From contig LNEY01000028.1 of the NCBI GenBank assembly GCA_001464195.1, positions 5,865-69,864 on the forward strand: 64,000 nucleotides of DNA, written 5' to 3'. The stretch comes from Burkholderiales bacterium Ga0077547 (GTDB lineage: Bacteria > Pseudomonadota > Gammaproteobacteria > Burkholderiales > Burkholderiaceae_C). Both the position numbers and the translations under genes were made by a program. This document shows positions 33,191 to 44,961 of this stretch, piece by piece. The first letter of the stretch is position 1. Each line of letters starts with the position of its first letter. The notes under the pieces are model-generated. The model ran no database searches, had not been told where the DNA came from, and saw nothing but the letters and a program-made list of their open reading frames with translations.

Positions 33191-34198
33191 TCACTCGATG
33201 CGGATGACAACCTTGCCGAAATGCGTCGCGCCCTCCAGGTGCCGCAACGCCTCGCGTGAATCACCAAAGGCAAACACCCGGTCGATGACCGGCTTGATCT
33301 TGCGCGCATTCACCAGGCGGTTCATCGACTCGAACATGTCGCGCGAGCCGACAAACACGCCACGCACGTTCGTCGTGTTGAACAGGATGGGCAGTGGGTT
33401 GATCTCGCCGCCGGTGAGCACGCCGATCAGGTGAACATAGCCACCGTGACGCGCCGCCGAGATGGAGCGCTGCAATGTGCCTGGCCCACCCACCTCCACC
33501 ACGTGGTCGACCCCCACGCCGCCGGTGATCTCGCGCACCTTCTGGTCCCAGTCGGGATGTGTCTTGTAGTTGATCAGGTGGTCGGCACCGAGCGCCTTCG
33601 CTTGGGCCAATTTGACATCGCTCGACGACGTGGCAATCACCACGGCGCCGGCCGCCTTGGCAAATTGCAGGGCAAACATCGACACCCCGCCCGTGCCCAG
33701 CACCAGCACCGTTTCGCCCGGTGTGACCGGCTTGCCCTCGAACAGCCCATTCCAGGCGGTGAGCGCAGCGCAGGGCAGGGCGGACGCCTCTTCATCGCTC
33801 AGATGCGCAGGCGTCGCCACGAGCGCCTCGGCGGGGAACACGCGGTACTCAGCCAGTACGCCAGGCACCGACCCACCGAGGGCATGGTTGTAGTGGGCTG
33901 GCAGCATCGGGCCGCTGAGCCAGGTCTCGAAGAAGCAGCCTGTGACGCGGTCGCCCGTGGCGAAGCGCGTCACACCCGGGCCCACCTCAGCGACCACGCC
34001 GGCGCCGTCTGACACCGGGACCAGCCCTTGCGACTTCATGCCCGGGTAGCGCCCGGTGATGATCAGCAGGTCGCGGTAATTCAGCGACGCGGCCTTCATG
34101 CGCACCAGCACCTGCCCCGGGCCCGGGCGGGGGACATCGCTTTCGTGCAAGGTCAGGCTGTCGGCGTCGAGTTCTTTGAGGTAGGCATAGCTGCGCAT
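33191..34198 (-). CDS. Zinc-binding dehydrogenase / NADPH:quinone reductase-like oxidoreductase (MDR family)
   Basis: MRSYAYLKE... LVRMKAASLNYRDL and VLVLGTGGVSMFALQFAK motifs. Start trimmed to ATG 34196-34198; the 612-aa ORF carries a spurious 5' extension. Confidence 0.88.
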   Translation of the reverse strand: MRSYAYLKELDADSLTLHESDVPRPGPGQVLVRMKAASLNYRDLLIITGRYPGMKSQGLVPVSDGAGVVAEVGPGVTRFATGDRVTGCFFETWLSGPMLPAHYNHALGGSVPGVLAEYRVFPAEALVATPAHLSDEEASALPCAALTAWNGLFEGKPVTPGETVLVLGTGGVSMFALQFAKAAGAVVIATSSSDVKLAQAKALGADHLINYKTHPDWDQKVREITGGVGVDHVVEVGGPGTLQRSISAARHGGYVHLIGVLTGGEINPLPILFNTTNVRGVFVGSRDMFESMNRLVNARKIKPVIDRVFAFGDSREALRHLEGATHFGKVVIRIE

Positions 34199-34336
34199 GG
34201 TCGGTCTTCCAGGGTGTTGAATGGCGTGATAGACGGGAACCGCGGGACACGGTTTTTTGCCGGGCACGGATGATGACACGCTAGGACGAACCCCGCCCGA
34301 CCAGGCCGCGGTCGGGGTGGCAACATCCAGGTCACG

Positions 34337-35112
34337 ATGACCCAGAAGAAAAAACGACCTGAACTGGCTCCGGCCACCATCTCCGAGGCTGACGGTGTGC
34401 GCTACCTGCACCTCGGTACGCCCTGGGTGCAAGGCGCCATGCGCATACGCAAGCCGCTCTCGATCGAGTTGGAGTATGTGCAGCGCATGATGGTCTGGAT
34501 GCTGCTGCGGCCCAGCGAGGCGCTGTCCGAAGGGCACGCGGTGCAACTCGGCCTGGGCGCAGGATCGATCACCCGCTACTGCCATGGCGTGCTGGGCCTG
34601 CGCACCACGGCGGTCGAGTTGAATGACAGCGTGATCGCGGCGTGCCGTGCCTACTTTCAGGTGGAACCCGGGCGGCTGTTGAAGGTGGTCGAAGCCGACG
34701 CCGGGGCCTATGCCGGCGACCCGGCGAATGCGTCCAGCGCCGACGTGCTGTGCGTCGACCTTTACGACCACGATGCAGCCAGCCCGGTGCTCGACAGCGA
34801 TGCGTTCTATGCCGACTGCCACCGCTTGCTGCGTCCGGGCGGTGCGATGACGGTCAACCTGTTCGGCCGCGACGCCAGCTTCGAGCGCAGCGCCCAGCGC
34901 ATCTCGGCTGCCTTCGGTGCCGAGCAGGTTCTGAGCCTGCGCCCGACGCGCGAAGGCAACACCATCGTGGTCGCCCTGAAGCACGCTGCCTGGCCGGCGC
35001 CGGAGGTGCTGGCGATGCGTGCGGACCACATTGAGCAGAACGCCGGCCTTCCCGCGCGAAAATGGTTGAAGATGCTGCGTGTGCTGCCGAAGGCCACTGC
35101 AGGCCTGAGCTG

Positions 35113-35113
<1 letters not shown>
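34337..35113 (+). CDS. Spermidine synthase-like class I methyltransferase-fold protein
   Basis: 258 aa. LGLGAGS SAM-fold glycine motif and DVLCVDLYD. Its stop overlaps the next start (TGATG). Confidence 0.65.
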
Positions 35114-36978
<1,865 letters not shown>

Positions 36979-37001
36979 AGCCCGCGCTGCAGCGCACGCC
37001 G

Positions 37002-37880
37002 ATGGCCACGCTGTGGCCCGGGTTGCTGATGGCTGCCGTCGGCGCGGTGGCGTTCTCCGGCAAGGCCATCATCGCCAAGCTGGCCTATCGCCACGGGGTC
37101 GATGCGATCACGCTGGTCATGTACCGCATGCTGTTCGCGCTGCCCTTGTTCCTGCTGTTGAGCCTGTGGGCGAGCCGCGGCAAGGCGGCGCTGGAAAGGC
37201 GCGACTGGTGGGTCGTTTGCGGCCTCGGTTTCAGCGGCTATTACCTCGCCAGCACACTCGATTTCCTGGGGTTGCAGTACGTCAGCGCCAGCCTGGAGCG
37301 GTTGATCCTGTACCTGACCCCGACGCTGGTGCTGGCCATGGGGGTGGTGCTGTTCAAGCGGCGCGTGACCGTGCGCCAGTTGCTGGCGTTGGCCGTCAGC
37401 TATGGTGGTGTGTTGCTGGTGTTCGGTCAGGAAATCACGCACGTCGGCCCGCACGCCCTGCTGGGTGCCGCGCTGGTCTTCGGCAGCGCGCTGAGCTACG
37501 CGGTGTACCTGGTCCTCAGCGGCGAAGAGGTCCGCCGGCTCGGCGCGCTGCGTCTCACGGGGCTCGCGAGCACGGTGGCCTGCTTGCTGTGTCTTGCGCA
37601 GTTCGCGGCGCTTCGGCCGCTCTCCGCGGCGCTGGTGGCGCCTGAAGTGATTGCGCTGTCGTTGTTGAATGCGGTGCTGTGCACCTTCGCGCCCGTGGTG
37701 CTGATGATGTTGGCCGTCGAGCGCATTGGCGCCACGCTGGCCGCGCAGACCGGCATGATCGGCCCGATGTCGACCATCGGCATGAGCGTGCTGCTGCTGG
37801 GCGAACCTTTCACCGCCGGGCTCGCCGCCGGCACTGCGCTGGTGGTCGCCGGCATCTGGCTGCTGGCGACCTGGCGCTGA
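37002..37880 (+). CDS. EamA/DMT family transporter
   Basis: About 10 TM helices and two EamA-like halves. ATG 37002; alternative GTG 36969 overlaps the gspE-like gene. Confidence 0.8.
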   Translation: MATLWPGLLMAAVGAVAFSGKAIIAKLAYRHGVDAITLVMYRMLFALPLFLLLSLWASRGKAALERRDWWVVCGLGFSGYYLASTLDFLGLQYVSASLERLILYLTPTLVLAMGVVLFKRRVTVRQLLALAVSYGGVLLVFGQEITHVGPHALLGAALVFGSALSYAVYLVLSGEEVRRLGALRLTGLASTVACLLCLAQFAALRPLSAALVAPEVIALSLLNAVLCTFAPVVLMMLAVERIGATLAAQTGMIGPMSTIGMSVLLLGEPFTAGLAAGTALVVAGIWLLATWR

Positions 37881-37892
37881 GCGGCGTACGGC

Positions 37893-38303
37893 TCAGCCGG
37901 CTTTCTTCGGGCGCCCCGTCTTCAGTGGCGTGATGCGGGCCAGCGCTTTTTCGAGCTGCACATCGGGCAGCGTGGCCAGCACCTGCAGACCGGCCCGCAG
38001 CAGCTCACTTTTCTTGACGGCATGGCGGAAATTCATCGCACGCTGCTTCAGCACGTCGATCAACTCGAAGTCGGGTTGCGGCATCGTGAAGCTGTCGCGC
38101 ACCAGCTTGAGCTTGGCCTTCGGTGGCTTGCCGGTGGGTGCAGCAGCGGCCTTGACGGGCGTGGCGGCAGGCTTCTTGGTGGCCGCCGCAGGTTTGCTGA
38201 CAGGAGACTTCGCCGCTGTGGTGGGCGATGTCTTCTTCGTCGGCTGGGGGGCCACTGGCGACTTGGTGTTCGGAGCCGACGCGCCGACAGGGGATTTGGT
38301 CAT
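37893..38303 (-). CDS. Lys/Ala/Pro-rich (histone H1-like) protein with C-terminal ribbon-helix-helix-like domain
   Basis: The N-terminal ~70 aa are repeats of the KSPV/AAKKPAA type. The C-terminus (VRDSFTMPQPDFELIDVLKQRAMNF..KKSELLRAGLQVLATL) has a strand-helix-helix pattern. Confidence 0.7.
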   Translation of the reverse strand: MTKSPVGASAPNTKSPVAPQPTKKTSPTTAAKSPVSKPAAATKKPAATPVKAAAAPTGKPPKAKLKLVRDSFTMPQPDFELIDVLKQRAMNFRHAVKKSELLRAGLQVLATLPDVQLEKALARITPLKTGRPKKAG

Positions 38304-38371
38304 GTTGGGAAGTCAAGAATCAAGATAAACCGTTTATACGGTATGTTGATCCGCCCTGCAAGGTGACCGCC

Positions 38372-39094
38372 TCAGATGCTGCGCTGGTTGACCCGCTGCG
38401 ACAGCGCCTCAGCAGTTTCCTTGCGTTCGCTGTAGCGATCGACGAGGTGGGGTGTCGCATCGCGTGTCAGCAGCGTGAACTTGATCAGCTCTTCCATCAC
38501 GTCGACCACGCGGTCGTAGTAGGCCGAAGGCTTCATGCGACCCGCCTCGTCGAATTCGAGGAAGGCCTTGGCCACCGACGACTGATTCGGGATCGTCAAC
38601 ATCCGCATCCAGCGGCCGAGCACCCGCAACTGGTTGACCGCGTTGAATGACTGCGAACCGCCCGAGACCTGCATCACCGCCAGCGTCTTGCCCTGCGTGG
38701 GGCGCACCGCACCGAGAGACAGCGGGATCCAGTCGATCTGCGCTTTGAGGATGGCGCTCATCGCGCCGTGGCGTTCCGGCGAACACCAGACCATGCCTTC
38801 GCACCAAGCGGCCAGTTCGCGCAGCTCGACCACCTTGGCGTGCGACTCCGGGGCGCCATCCGGCAAAGGCAGGCCGGTAGGGTCGAACAGGCGCGTCTCG
38901 CCACCCATCGCCTGCAGCAAGCGCGCTGCTTCCTCGCTCAGCAGACGGCTGTAGGAGCGCTCCCGCAGCGAGCCGTATAGCAGCAGAAAGCGCGGCGGGT
39001 GGCTGGCGCGTGAAGTCGGCAGCAGCCGGTCGATGCGGGGTGCCGTGAACAGCGCGGCATCGACGTTCGGAAGAGAGGAGTGGGGTTCAGACAC
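38372..39094 (-). CDS. arsH: Arsenical resistance protein ArsH (NADPH-dependent FMN reductase)
   Basis: 240 aa. Motifs [14 protein letters not shown] and WCSPERHG. Last gene of the ars operon. Confidence 0.93.
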   Translation of the reverse strand: MSEPHSSLPNVDAALFTAPRIDRLLPTSRASHPPRFLLLYGSLRERSYSRLLSEEAARLLQAMGGETRLFDPTGLPLPDGAPESHAKVVELRELAAWCEGMVWCSPERHGAMSAILKAQIDWIPLSLGAVRPTQGKTLAVMQVSGGSQSFNAVNQLRVLGRWMRMLTIPNQSSVAKAFLEFDEAGRMKPSAYYDRVVDVMEELIKFTLLTRDATPHLVDRYSERKETAEALSQRVNQRSI

Positions 39095-40172
39095 GCGGCT
39101 GATTCTCGGTCATCCCCCGCTCGTACCAGCCCTTGCTGCGGTTGACCCAACGGACCACCAGCAGCATCACCGGCACTTCGATCAGCACGCCGACCACGGT
39201 GGCCAGCGCCGCGCCGGATTCGAAGCCGAACAGGCTGATCGCCGCGGCCACGGCCAGCTCGAAGAAATTGCTCGCACCGATCAGGGCCGAAGGGCAGGCC
39301 ACTGCGTGCGATTCACCGAGGCGTCGGTTCAGCCAGTAGGCCAGTCCCGAATTGAAGAACACCTGGATCAGGATCGGCACCGCCAGCATCGCGATGATGA
39401 GCGGCTGCGCCAGGATCGCCTGGCCCTGGAAGGCGAACAGCAACACGAGCGTGGCGAGCAGTGCCGCGATCGACCACGGGCCGATCTTGGCCAGCGCCGC
39501 ATCCAAGGCTGCCTGGCCGCGTCTGAGCAGCACCTTGCGCCAGAGCTGCGCGATGACCACCGGGATCACGATGTACAGCAGCACCGACGTGACCAGCGTG
39601 TCCCACGGCACGACGATGGCCGACAGCCCCAGCAGCAGCGCAACGATGGGCGCGAAGGCGAACACCATGATGGTGTCGTTCAGCGCCACCTGAGACAAGG
39701 TGAACAGCGGGTGGCCGCCAGTGAGCCGGCTCCACACGAACACCATGGCGGTACACGGTGCGGCAGCCAGCAGGATCAGCCCGGCCACATAACTGTCCAC
39801 CTGATCGGCCGGCAGATAGGGCGCGAACACATGGCGGATGAAGATCCAGGCCAGCAGCGCCATCGAGAACGGCTTGACGGCCCAGTTGACGAACAGCGTG
39901 ACGCCGATGCCCCGCCAGTGCTGACGAACCTGCGACAGCGACGCGAAGTCCACCTTCAGCAGCATCGGGATGATCATCACCCAGATCAGCAGGCCGACCG
40001 GCAGATTGACCTGCGCGAACTCCATCTGGCCGACGGCCTGGAATGGGCCGGGGAACAGCTGCCCCAGCGTGATCCCGACCACGATGCACAGGAAGACCCA
40101 GACCGTCAGGTAGCGCTCGAAGAGGCTCATCGGTGTGATGCTTGCGGCGGGCTGAATCAGGAGGGCGGTCAT
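39087..40172 (-). CDS. arsB: Arsenite efflux transporter ACR3
   Basis: 361 aa, 10-TM ACR3 family ([25 protein letters not shown]). Overlaps arsH by 8 nt. Confidence 0.93.
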   Translation of the reverse strand: MTALLIQPAASITPMSLFERYLTVWVFLCIVVGITLGQLFPGPFQAVGQMEFAQVNLPVGLLIWVMIIPMLLKVDFASLSQVRQHWRGIGVTLFVNWAVKPFSMALLAWIFIRHVFAPYLPADQVDSYVAGLILLAAAPCTAMVFVWSRLTGGHPLFTLSQVALNDTIMVFAFAPIVALLLGLSAIVVPWDTLVTSVLLYIVIPVVIAQLWRKVLLRRGQAALDAALAKIGPWSIAALLATLVLLFAFQGQAILAQPLIIAMLAVPILIQVFFNSGLAYWLNRRLGESHAVACPSALIGASNFFELAVAAAISLFGFESGAALATVVGVLIEVPVMLLVVRWVNRSKGWYERGMTENQPRV

Positions 40173-40175
40173 TCC

Positions 40176-40670
40176 TCAGCGTCTGCCGATGTCCGTGATC
40201 TCCCGCTGGATTGCCAGCCGGTCCAGCGACTGCATCGGCAATGCGAGCATCAGTTCGATTCGGCGCTTGAGGATGACGGCAGCGTCCCAGAAAACGCGAC
40301 TCTTTTCCTCGTCCGTGCCCTCGAACGCCGCTGGGTCTGGGATGCCCCAATGGGCGGTCATCGGCTGTCCGGGCCACACCGGGCAGACTTCGCCGGCGGC
40401 GTTGTCGCAGACGGTGAAGACAAAGTCCATCTGAGGCGCGTGCGGCTGGCTGAACTCTGCCCAATCCTTGCTGCGGTAGCCATCGGTCGGGATGCGCAGC
40501 CGCTCCAGCGTCTTCAAGGCGAACGGGTTGACAGAGCCGCCAGGCTGGCTGCCAGCCGAGTACGCCACGAAGCGACCCCGGCCGAGGCTGTTCAGCAGGC
40601 CTTCGGCCAGTATGGAACGGGCCGAGTTGTGGGTGCAGATGAAAAGTACGTTGTAGACCTTGTCGCTCAT
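40176..40670 (-). CDS. arsC: Arsenate reductase, LMW-PTPase (thioredoxin-coupled) type
   Basis: VLFICTHNSARS P-loop and the TVCDNAAGEVCP Cys pair. Start trimmed to ATG 40668-40670. Confidence 0.93.
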   Translation of the reverse strand: MSDKVYNVLFICTHNSARSILAEGLLNSLGRGRFVAYSAGSQPGGSVNPFALKTLERLRIPTDGYRSKDWAEFSQPHAPQMDFVFTVCDNAAGEVCPVWPGQPMTAHWGIPDPAAFEGTDEEKSRVFWDAAVILKRRIELMLALPMQSLDRLAIQREITDIGRR

Positions 40671-40723
40671 CGAGTGGGCTCCTGCGCGGGTTGAAGTAAC
40701 AGGGTTGAGGGAGATCCGGGGCA

Positions 40724-41065
40724 TCAGCAGGTGGTACAGCCCGGAACTGCCGTCGGCTCGCAGGTGCCCGTGGCGTCTGCGCCCTGGCAGCAGTGCGCCG
40801 TCAGGTAGGACAGCAACGCGTTCATCTGATCCAGCGAAGGGCGATAGATCAGGTGCCGGCCATCGCGCTGCTGCGACACCAGGCCGGAATGCATCAACTC
40901 CTTCAGGTGAAACGACAGCGTCGAGGACGGCACGTCGAGCGTGGCCGACAACGCGCCGGGGGTCATGCCTTGCGGACCCGCGCCCACCAGCGCGCGAAAG
41001 ATGCGCAGGCGCATGCCCTGTGCCAGGGCAGCGAGGGAGGCGACGGCCAATCGTTCTTCCATCAC
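40724..41065 (-). CDS. arsR: ArsR/SmtB family metalloregulator
   Basis: wHTH FHLKELMHSGLV. C-terminal Cys cluster HCCQGADATGTCEPTAVPGCTTC. Its start overlaps the arsJ stop. Confidence 0.9.
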   Translation of the reverse strand: MMEERLAVASLAALAQGMRLRIFRALVGAGPQGMTPGALSATLDVPSSTLSFHLKELMHSGLVSQQRDGRHLIYRPSLDQMNALLSYLTAHCCQGADATGTCEPTAVPGCTTC

Positions 41066-42333
41066 GGGATCCTTGAGTTGGGGGTGGGGTCAGCGCGTGA
41101 CGTCGGCAATGCAAACGTGACCAGCCAGCACGCTATCAGCATCGCTGCCGAGCCGCTCAGCGAGTAGAGCAACCCGCCCCATTGGTACAGCAGGCCCGAC
41201 AGCAGGGTGCCGATGAAGCGGCCCAGTGCATTCGCCGCGTAGTAGAAGCCGACGTCTTCTGCGGCCTTTTCCGATCCTGCGTAGGCGAGGATCAGATAAG
41301 AGTGCACGGCGGAGTTGACCGCGAAGGCGAAGCCGAACACCCCGAGTCCGGCGACGACGATCCACTCGAGGTGCGCCACCTGCATCGACACGATGACCGC
41401 CAGGCTGATCGGCACGACCACCAGGATCGCCGACCACAAGCGGGCGGCCGGCACCTCGGCGCTCAATCCGTCGCTGCTGCGCTTCACCAGCGCCGGCGCC
41501 AGTGCCTGGACCAAGCCGTAGCCGATGGTCCATGCGGCCAGGAAGCCGCCGACCATCGTGAAGGTCCAGCCTGACGCATACAGGAACACCGGTACGCCGA
41601 CCACGAACCAGACATCGCGGGCGCCGAACAACGCGACGCGTGCCGCCGCCAGCAGATTGATGGCGCGGTTCTTCGCGAACAGTTCCCGGGCCGATTTCGA
41701 AGCGGTGCTCTTGCCCATCAGCGGGGGCACGAAGCTCACGACACCGATGAGTACCACCGCCAACAAGCCTGCCATGGCCCACAACGACGCCTGGAAGCCC
41801 AACTGGTCGAGCAGCAGACCGCCGAGGAAGAATCCGACACCCTTCATCGCGTTCTTGCTGCCAGTGAACCAGGCGACCCACTTGAACAGCTGTCCTGATG
41901 CCGTACCGGCGGTCAGCTTGATGGCTGACTTGCTGGCCGTCTTGGTCAAGTCCTTGGCGACGCCGCAGACGCCTTGCGACAACACCACCCAGGCCACCGA
42001 CATCGTCACCGTCCAGTCGGGTGACAGTTGCGACAGCAACAGAAAGCCCGAGATTTGCGTGCACAGGCCGACCGTCAGCATGCGCTGGATGCCGTAGCGC
42101 GTCGCCAGCCAGCCGCCAATCAGGTTGGCGACCACGCCCATCGCCTCGTACAGCAGGAACAGGAAGGCCAGCGTGAAAGGTGAGTAGCCCAACCGATAGA
42201 AGTGCAGCAGCACCAGCATGCGCAGCGCGCCGTCGGTCAGCGTGAAGCCCCAGTACGCCGTGGTGACGATGGCGTAGTTGCGTGCGCCCTGGCTCGCGGT
42301 TGGACTTGCCGCGGTATGGCCCGTGGCGTTCAC
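41062..42333 (-). CDS. arsJ: Organoarsenical efflux MFS transporter ArsJ
   Basis: 423-aa 12-TM MFS protein, overlapping the upstream GAPDH gene and followed by the ars genes. This is the arrangement characteristic of ArsJ. Confidence 0.85.
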   Translation of the reverse strand: MNATGHTAASPTASQGARNYAIVTTAYWGFTLTDGALRMLVLLHFYRLGYSPFTLAFLFLLYEAMGVVANLIGGWLATRYGIQRMLTVGLCTQISGFLLLSQLSPDWTVTMSVAWVVLSQGVCGVAKDLTKTASKSAIKLTAGTASGQLFKWVAWFTGSKNAMKGVGFFLGGLLLDQLGFQASLWAMAGLLAVVLIGVVSFVPPLMGKSTASKSARELFAKNRAINLLAAARVALFGARDVWFVVGVPVFLYASGWTFTMVGGFLAAWTIGYGLVQALAPALVKRSSDGLSAEVPAARLWSAILVVVPISLAVIVSMQVAHLEWIVVAGLGVFGFAFAVNSAVHSYLILAYAGSEKAAEDVGFYYAANALGRFIGTLLSGLLYQWGGLLYSLSGSAAMLIACWLVTFALPTSRADPTPNSRIP

Positions 42334-43373
42334 AGGCCCTGCTCATTCATGTGACATGCCAGGTCGACCATGCGGCAGGCGTAGCCCATCTCGTTGTCAT
42401 ACCAGGCGTATACCTTCAGCATCGTGCCGTCGGTCACCAGCGTCGACAGCGCGTCGACGATGGCGCTGCGGCTGTCGCCTGCGTAGTCGGCGCTGACCAA
42501 GGGGCGGTGTTCGATCCCCAGGATGCCCGCCAGCGGACCGCGAGCCGCCTGTTCGAACAAGCCGTTGACTTCTTCCGCCGAGGTCTCGCGCTTCAGCTCG
42601 AACACGCAGTCGGTCAACGACGCGTTCAACACCGGCGCCCGCACCGCATGGCCGTTGAGCTTGCCCTTCAGTTCGGGGTAGATCAGCGCGATGGCCGTGG
42701 CGCTGCCGGTGGTCGTCGGCGCCAGGCTGAGCATCGCGCTGCGCGCACGGCGCAGGTCCTTGTGCGGTGCATCGACGACCAAGTTGGTGTTCGTCGGGTC
42801 GTGGATGGTCGTGATCTGGCCGTGCCGGATGCCGATGGCTTCGTGGACCACCTTCACGACCGGCGCCAGGCAATTGGTGGTGCAGGACGCGGCAGTGACG
42901 ATGCGGTGTCGTGCCGCGTCGTACAGGTGGTCGTTGACGCCCACCACGATGTTCAGCACGTCGCCGGTCTTCACCGGCGCAGCCACGATCACCCGCTTCG
43001 CACCGCGATCCAGATGCGCCTGCAGCGCCTCTGGCGTCAGGAACTTGCCGGTGCACTCGAGGACCAGATCGACCCCGAGATCGCCCCAAGGGATGTCGCC
43101 GGGCGTTGCGTGCGAAGAGAACGACAGCGATCGGTCCGCCACGCGGATCGTGTCGTCGCCCTCGGCACCGATGTCGGCCCGCCACCGCCCCTGCACGCTG
43201 TCGAAGGCGAGCAAGTGTGCGGTCGCGGCGGGGCCGCCCTTGATTTCATTCAAATGCACCACGTCGAGCCGGTGGTGCGCCCGAGGGTCGTCTGCAGGCC
43301 GCTCCGCGGCGCCGAATGCGGCGCGCAGCGCCAGACGGCCGATGCGACCCATGCCGTTGATGCCCACTCTCAT
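42330..43373 (-). CDS. gap: ArsJ-associated glyceraldehyde-3-phosphate dehydrogenase
   Basis: [13 protein letters not shown], active site [10 protein letters not shown], and WYDNEMGY. First gene of the ars operon. Confidence 0.92.
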   Translation of the reverse strand: MRVGINGMGRIGRLALRAAFGAAERPADDPRAHHRLDVVHLNEIKGGPAATAHLLAFDSVQGRWRADIGAEGDDTIRVADRSLSFSSHATPGDIPWGDLGVDLVLECTGKFLTPEALQAHLDRGAKRVIVAAPVKTGDVLNIVVGVNDHLYDAARHRIVTAASCTTNCLAPVVKVVHEAIGIRHGQITTIHDPTNTNLVVDAPHKDLRRARSAMLSLAPTTTGSATAIALIYPELKGKLNGHAVRAPVLNASLTDCVFELKRETSAEEVNGLFEQAARGPLAGILGIEHRPLVSADYAGDSRSAIVDALSTLVTDGTMLKVYAWYDNEMGYACRMVDLACHMNEQGL

Positions 43374-43412
43374 GTCGACCTCGTGTCAGTGAACCAGAAA
43401 ACACAACAATAA

Positions 43413-43428
43413 TTCCAAGAGTTTGGAA
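43413..43428. promoter_or_regulatory. Candidate ArsR operator (inverted repeat TTCCAA-N4-TTGGAA) in the ars promoter region
   Basis: 6-4-6 inverted repeat in the only AT-rich stretch (43395-43440), 40-55 nt upstream of the gapdh start codon. Confidence 0.4.
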
Positions 43429-43483
43429 ATATAGATGTGTTCTGTGACCACTCGATGACAGTTTGGGGTTCAGCGGGTTGGCG

Positions 43484-43786
43484 TCACGGCATCGCCGCGC
43501 CGCAGTTCCAGCACTGCTCGAACGGCCCGTCGATCATTTCGCGGCAGGCGGTGCACAGCCAGGTGCGCGACACCGGCGCGCGCAGTTCGTCGAGCAGCCG
43601 TTCGGCGCGCTCGAAATTGTCGGCATCGGTGAGCCACAGTTCAGGCAGTGACTGATCCGGCGGCACCTGTCCGGCCAGGCTGCTGTTGTAGGCGCGCTGG
43701 ATCGTCGTGGGCACGCCCGCATGGCACAGCATGTCGGCCCACAGCGTGGCGATCGCAAGATTCGGGGCGGTGGTCAGCTTCTTCAT
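43484..43786 (-). CDS. DUF2007-like small protein with C-terminal zinc ribbon
   Basis: 100 aa. MKKLTTAPNLAIATLWADML N-terminus and a C-terminal CTAC...CWNC. Confidence 0.7.
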   Translation of the reverse strand: MKKLTTAPNLAIATLWADMLCHAGVPTTIQRAYNSSLAGQVPPDQSLPELWLTDADNFERAERLLDELRAPVSRTWLCTACREMIDGPFEQCWNCGAAMP

Positions 43787-43860
43787 GGGCTCGTCCCTCA
43801 GCCGTGTGAGCGCGGTAGGCTTCGGGCACGATAGCTCACCGCAGATTCAGGAGGTCTCCA

Positions 43861-44853
43861 ATGTCAACCACCACCCGCGCCATCCGCATCGATCAACCCG
43901 GCGGGCCAGACGCCATGCGTCTGGTCGAGGTACCGATCGGTGAGCCCGGGCCGGGCGAGATCCGCATACGCCACCAGGCCTGTGGTCTCAACTTCATCGA
44001 TGTCTACCACCGCACGGCGCTGTACCCGCTGCCGTTGCCGGCCGGGCTGGGCATGGAGGGCGCTGGCATCGTCGAGGCGGTGGGCGAGGGCGTGACCCAC
44101 CTGCGCGCAGGCGACCGCGCCGCGTATGCCAGCACGCCGCCGGGCAGTTACTGTGAGTCGCGCGTCATGCCGGCGAAGTGCGTGGTCAAGCTACCCGACG
44201 GTATCGATGCCGAGACCGCCGCCGCGATGATGCTCAAAGGCCTGACCGCGCAGTACCTGCTGAAGAAGACGCTGCCGCAGGGGGGTCTGCAGCCCGGCGA
44301 TTTCATCCTGTTCCATGCCGCGGCAGGCGGTGTGGGGTTGATCGCCTGCCAGTGGGCGCGCGCACTCGGCTTGCAGCTGATCGGCACCGCCGGCAGCGAC
44401 GAGAAGTGCGCGCTGGCGCTGCAAAACGGCGCCGTACATGCGATCAACTACCGGCGCGAGGATTTCGTGGCCAGAGTGAAAGACATCACTGGCGGCCGTG
44501 GTGTGAAGGTGGTCTACGACTCGGTGGGGCTCGATACCTTCGAGAAGTCCCTCGACGTGCTGCAGCCCTTCGGCCTGCTGGCCAATTTCGGCAACGCCTC
44601 GGGAAAGGCGCCGCCGGTGGAGCTGGGCGTGCTGGCGGCCAAGGGCTCGCTGTACGTGACGCGCCCAACGCTGTTCACACACCTGGCCACCCGTGCAGCG
44701 ACGCAGGCGATGGCCGACGACTTGTTCGCGGTGGTGGCCAGTGGCGCGGTCAAGGTGCCGGTAGAGCGTCGCTACGCGCTGGCCGACGTGGCACAGGCCC
44801 ATCGCGATCTGGAGGCGCGGCTGACGACCGGGTGCAGCGTGTTGCTGCCTTGA
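43861..44853 (+). CDS. qor: NADPH:quinone oxidoreductase
   Basis: MDR family without structural zinc. Motifs RHQACGLNFIDVYHRTALY and FHAAAGGVGLIACQWA. Confidence 0.9.
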   Translation: MSTTTRAIRIDQPGGPDAMRLVEVPIGEPGPGEIRIRHQACGLNFIDVYHRTALYPLPLPAGLGMEGAGIVEAVGEGVTHLRAGDRAAYASTPPGSYCESRVMPAKCVVKLPDGIDAETAAAMMLKGLTAQYLLKKTLPQGGLQPGDFILFHAAAGGVGLIACQWARALGLQLIGTAGSDEKCALALQNGAVHAINYRREDFVARVKDITGGRGVKVVYDSVGLDTFEKSLDVLQPFGLLANFGNASGKAPPVELGVLAAKGSLYVTRPTLFTHLATRAATQAMADDLFAVVASGAVKVPVERRYALADVAQAHRDLEARLTTGCSVLLP

Positions 44854-44961
44854 GAGCTTGGCGGCGTCAGCTCTCCACGCGCAGCTTGCGTGCGACGCGC
44901 CGTGTGGACCCAGGTGGTGCACCACCTGAGCAACAAGCTCGGGTGACGTGGCTTCCTGGCG

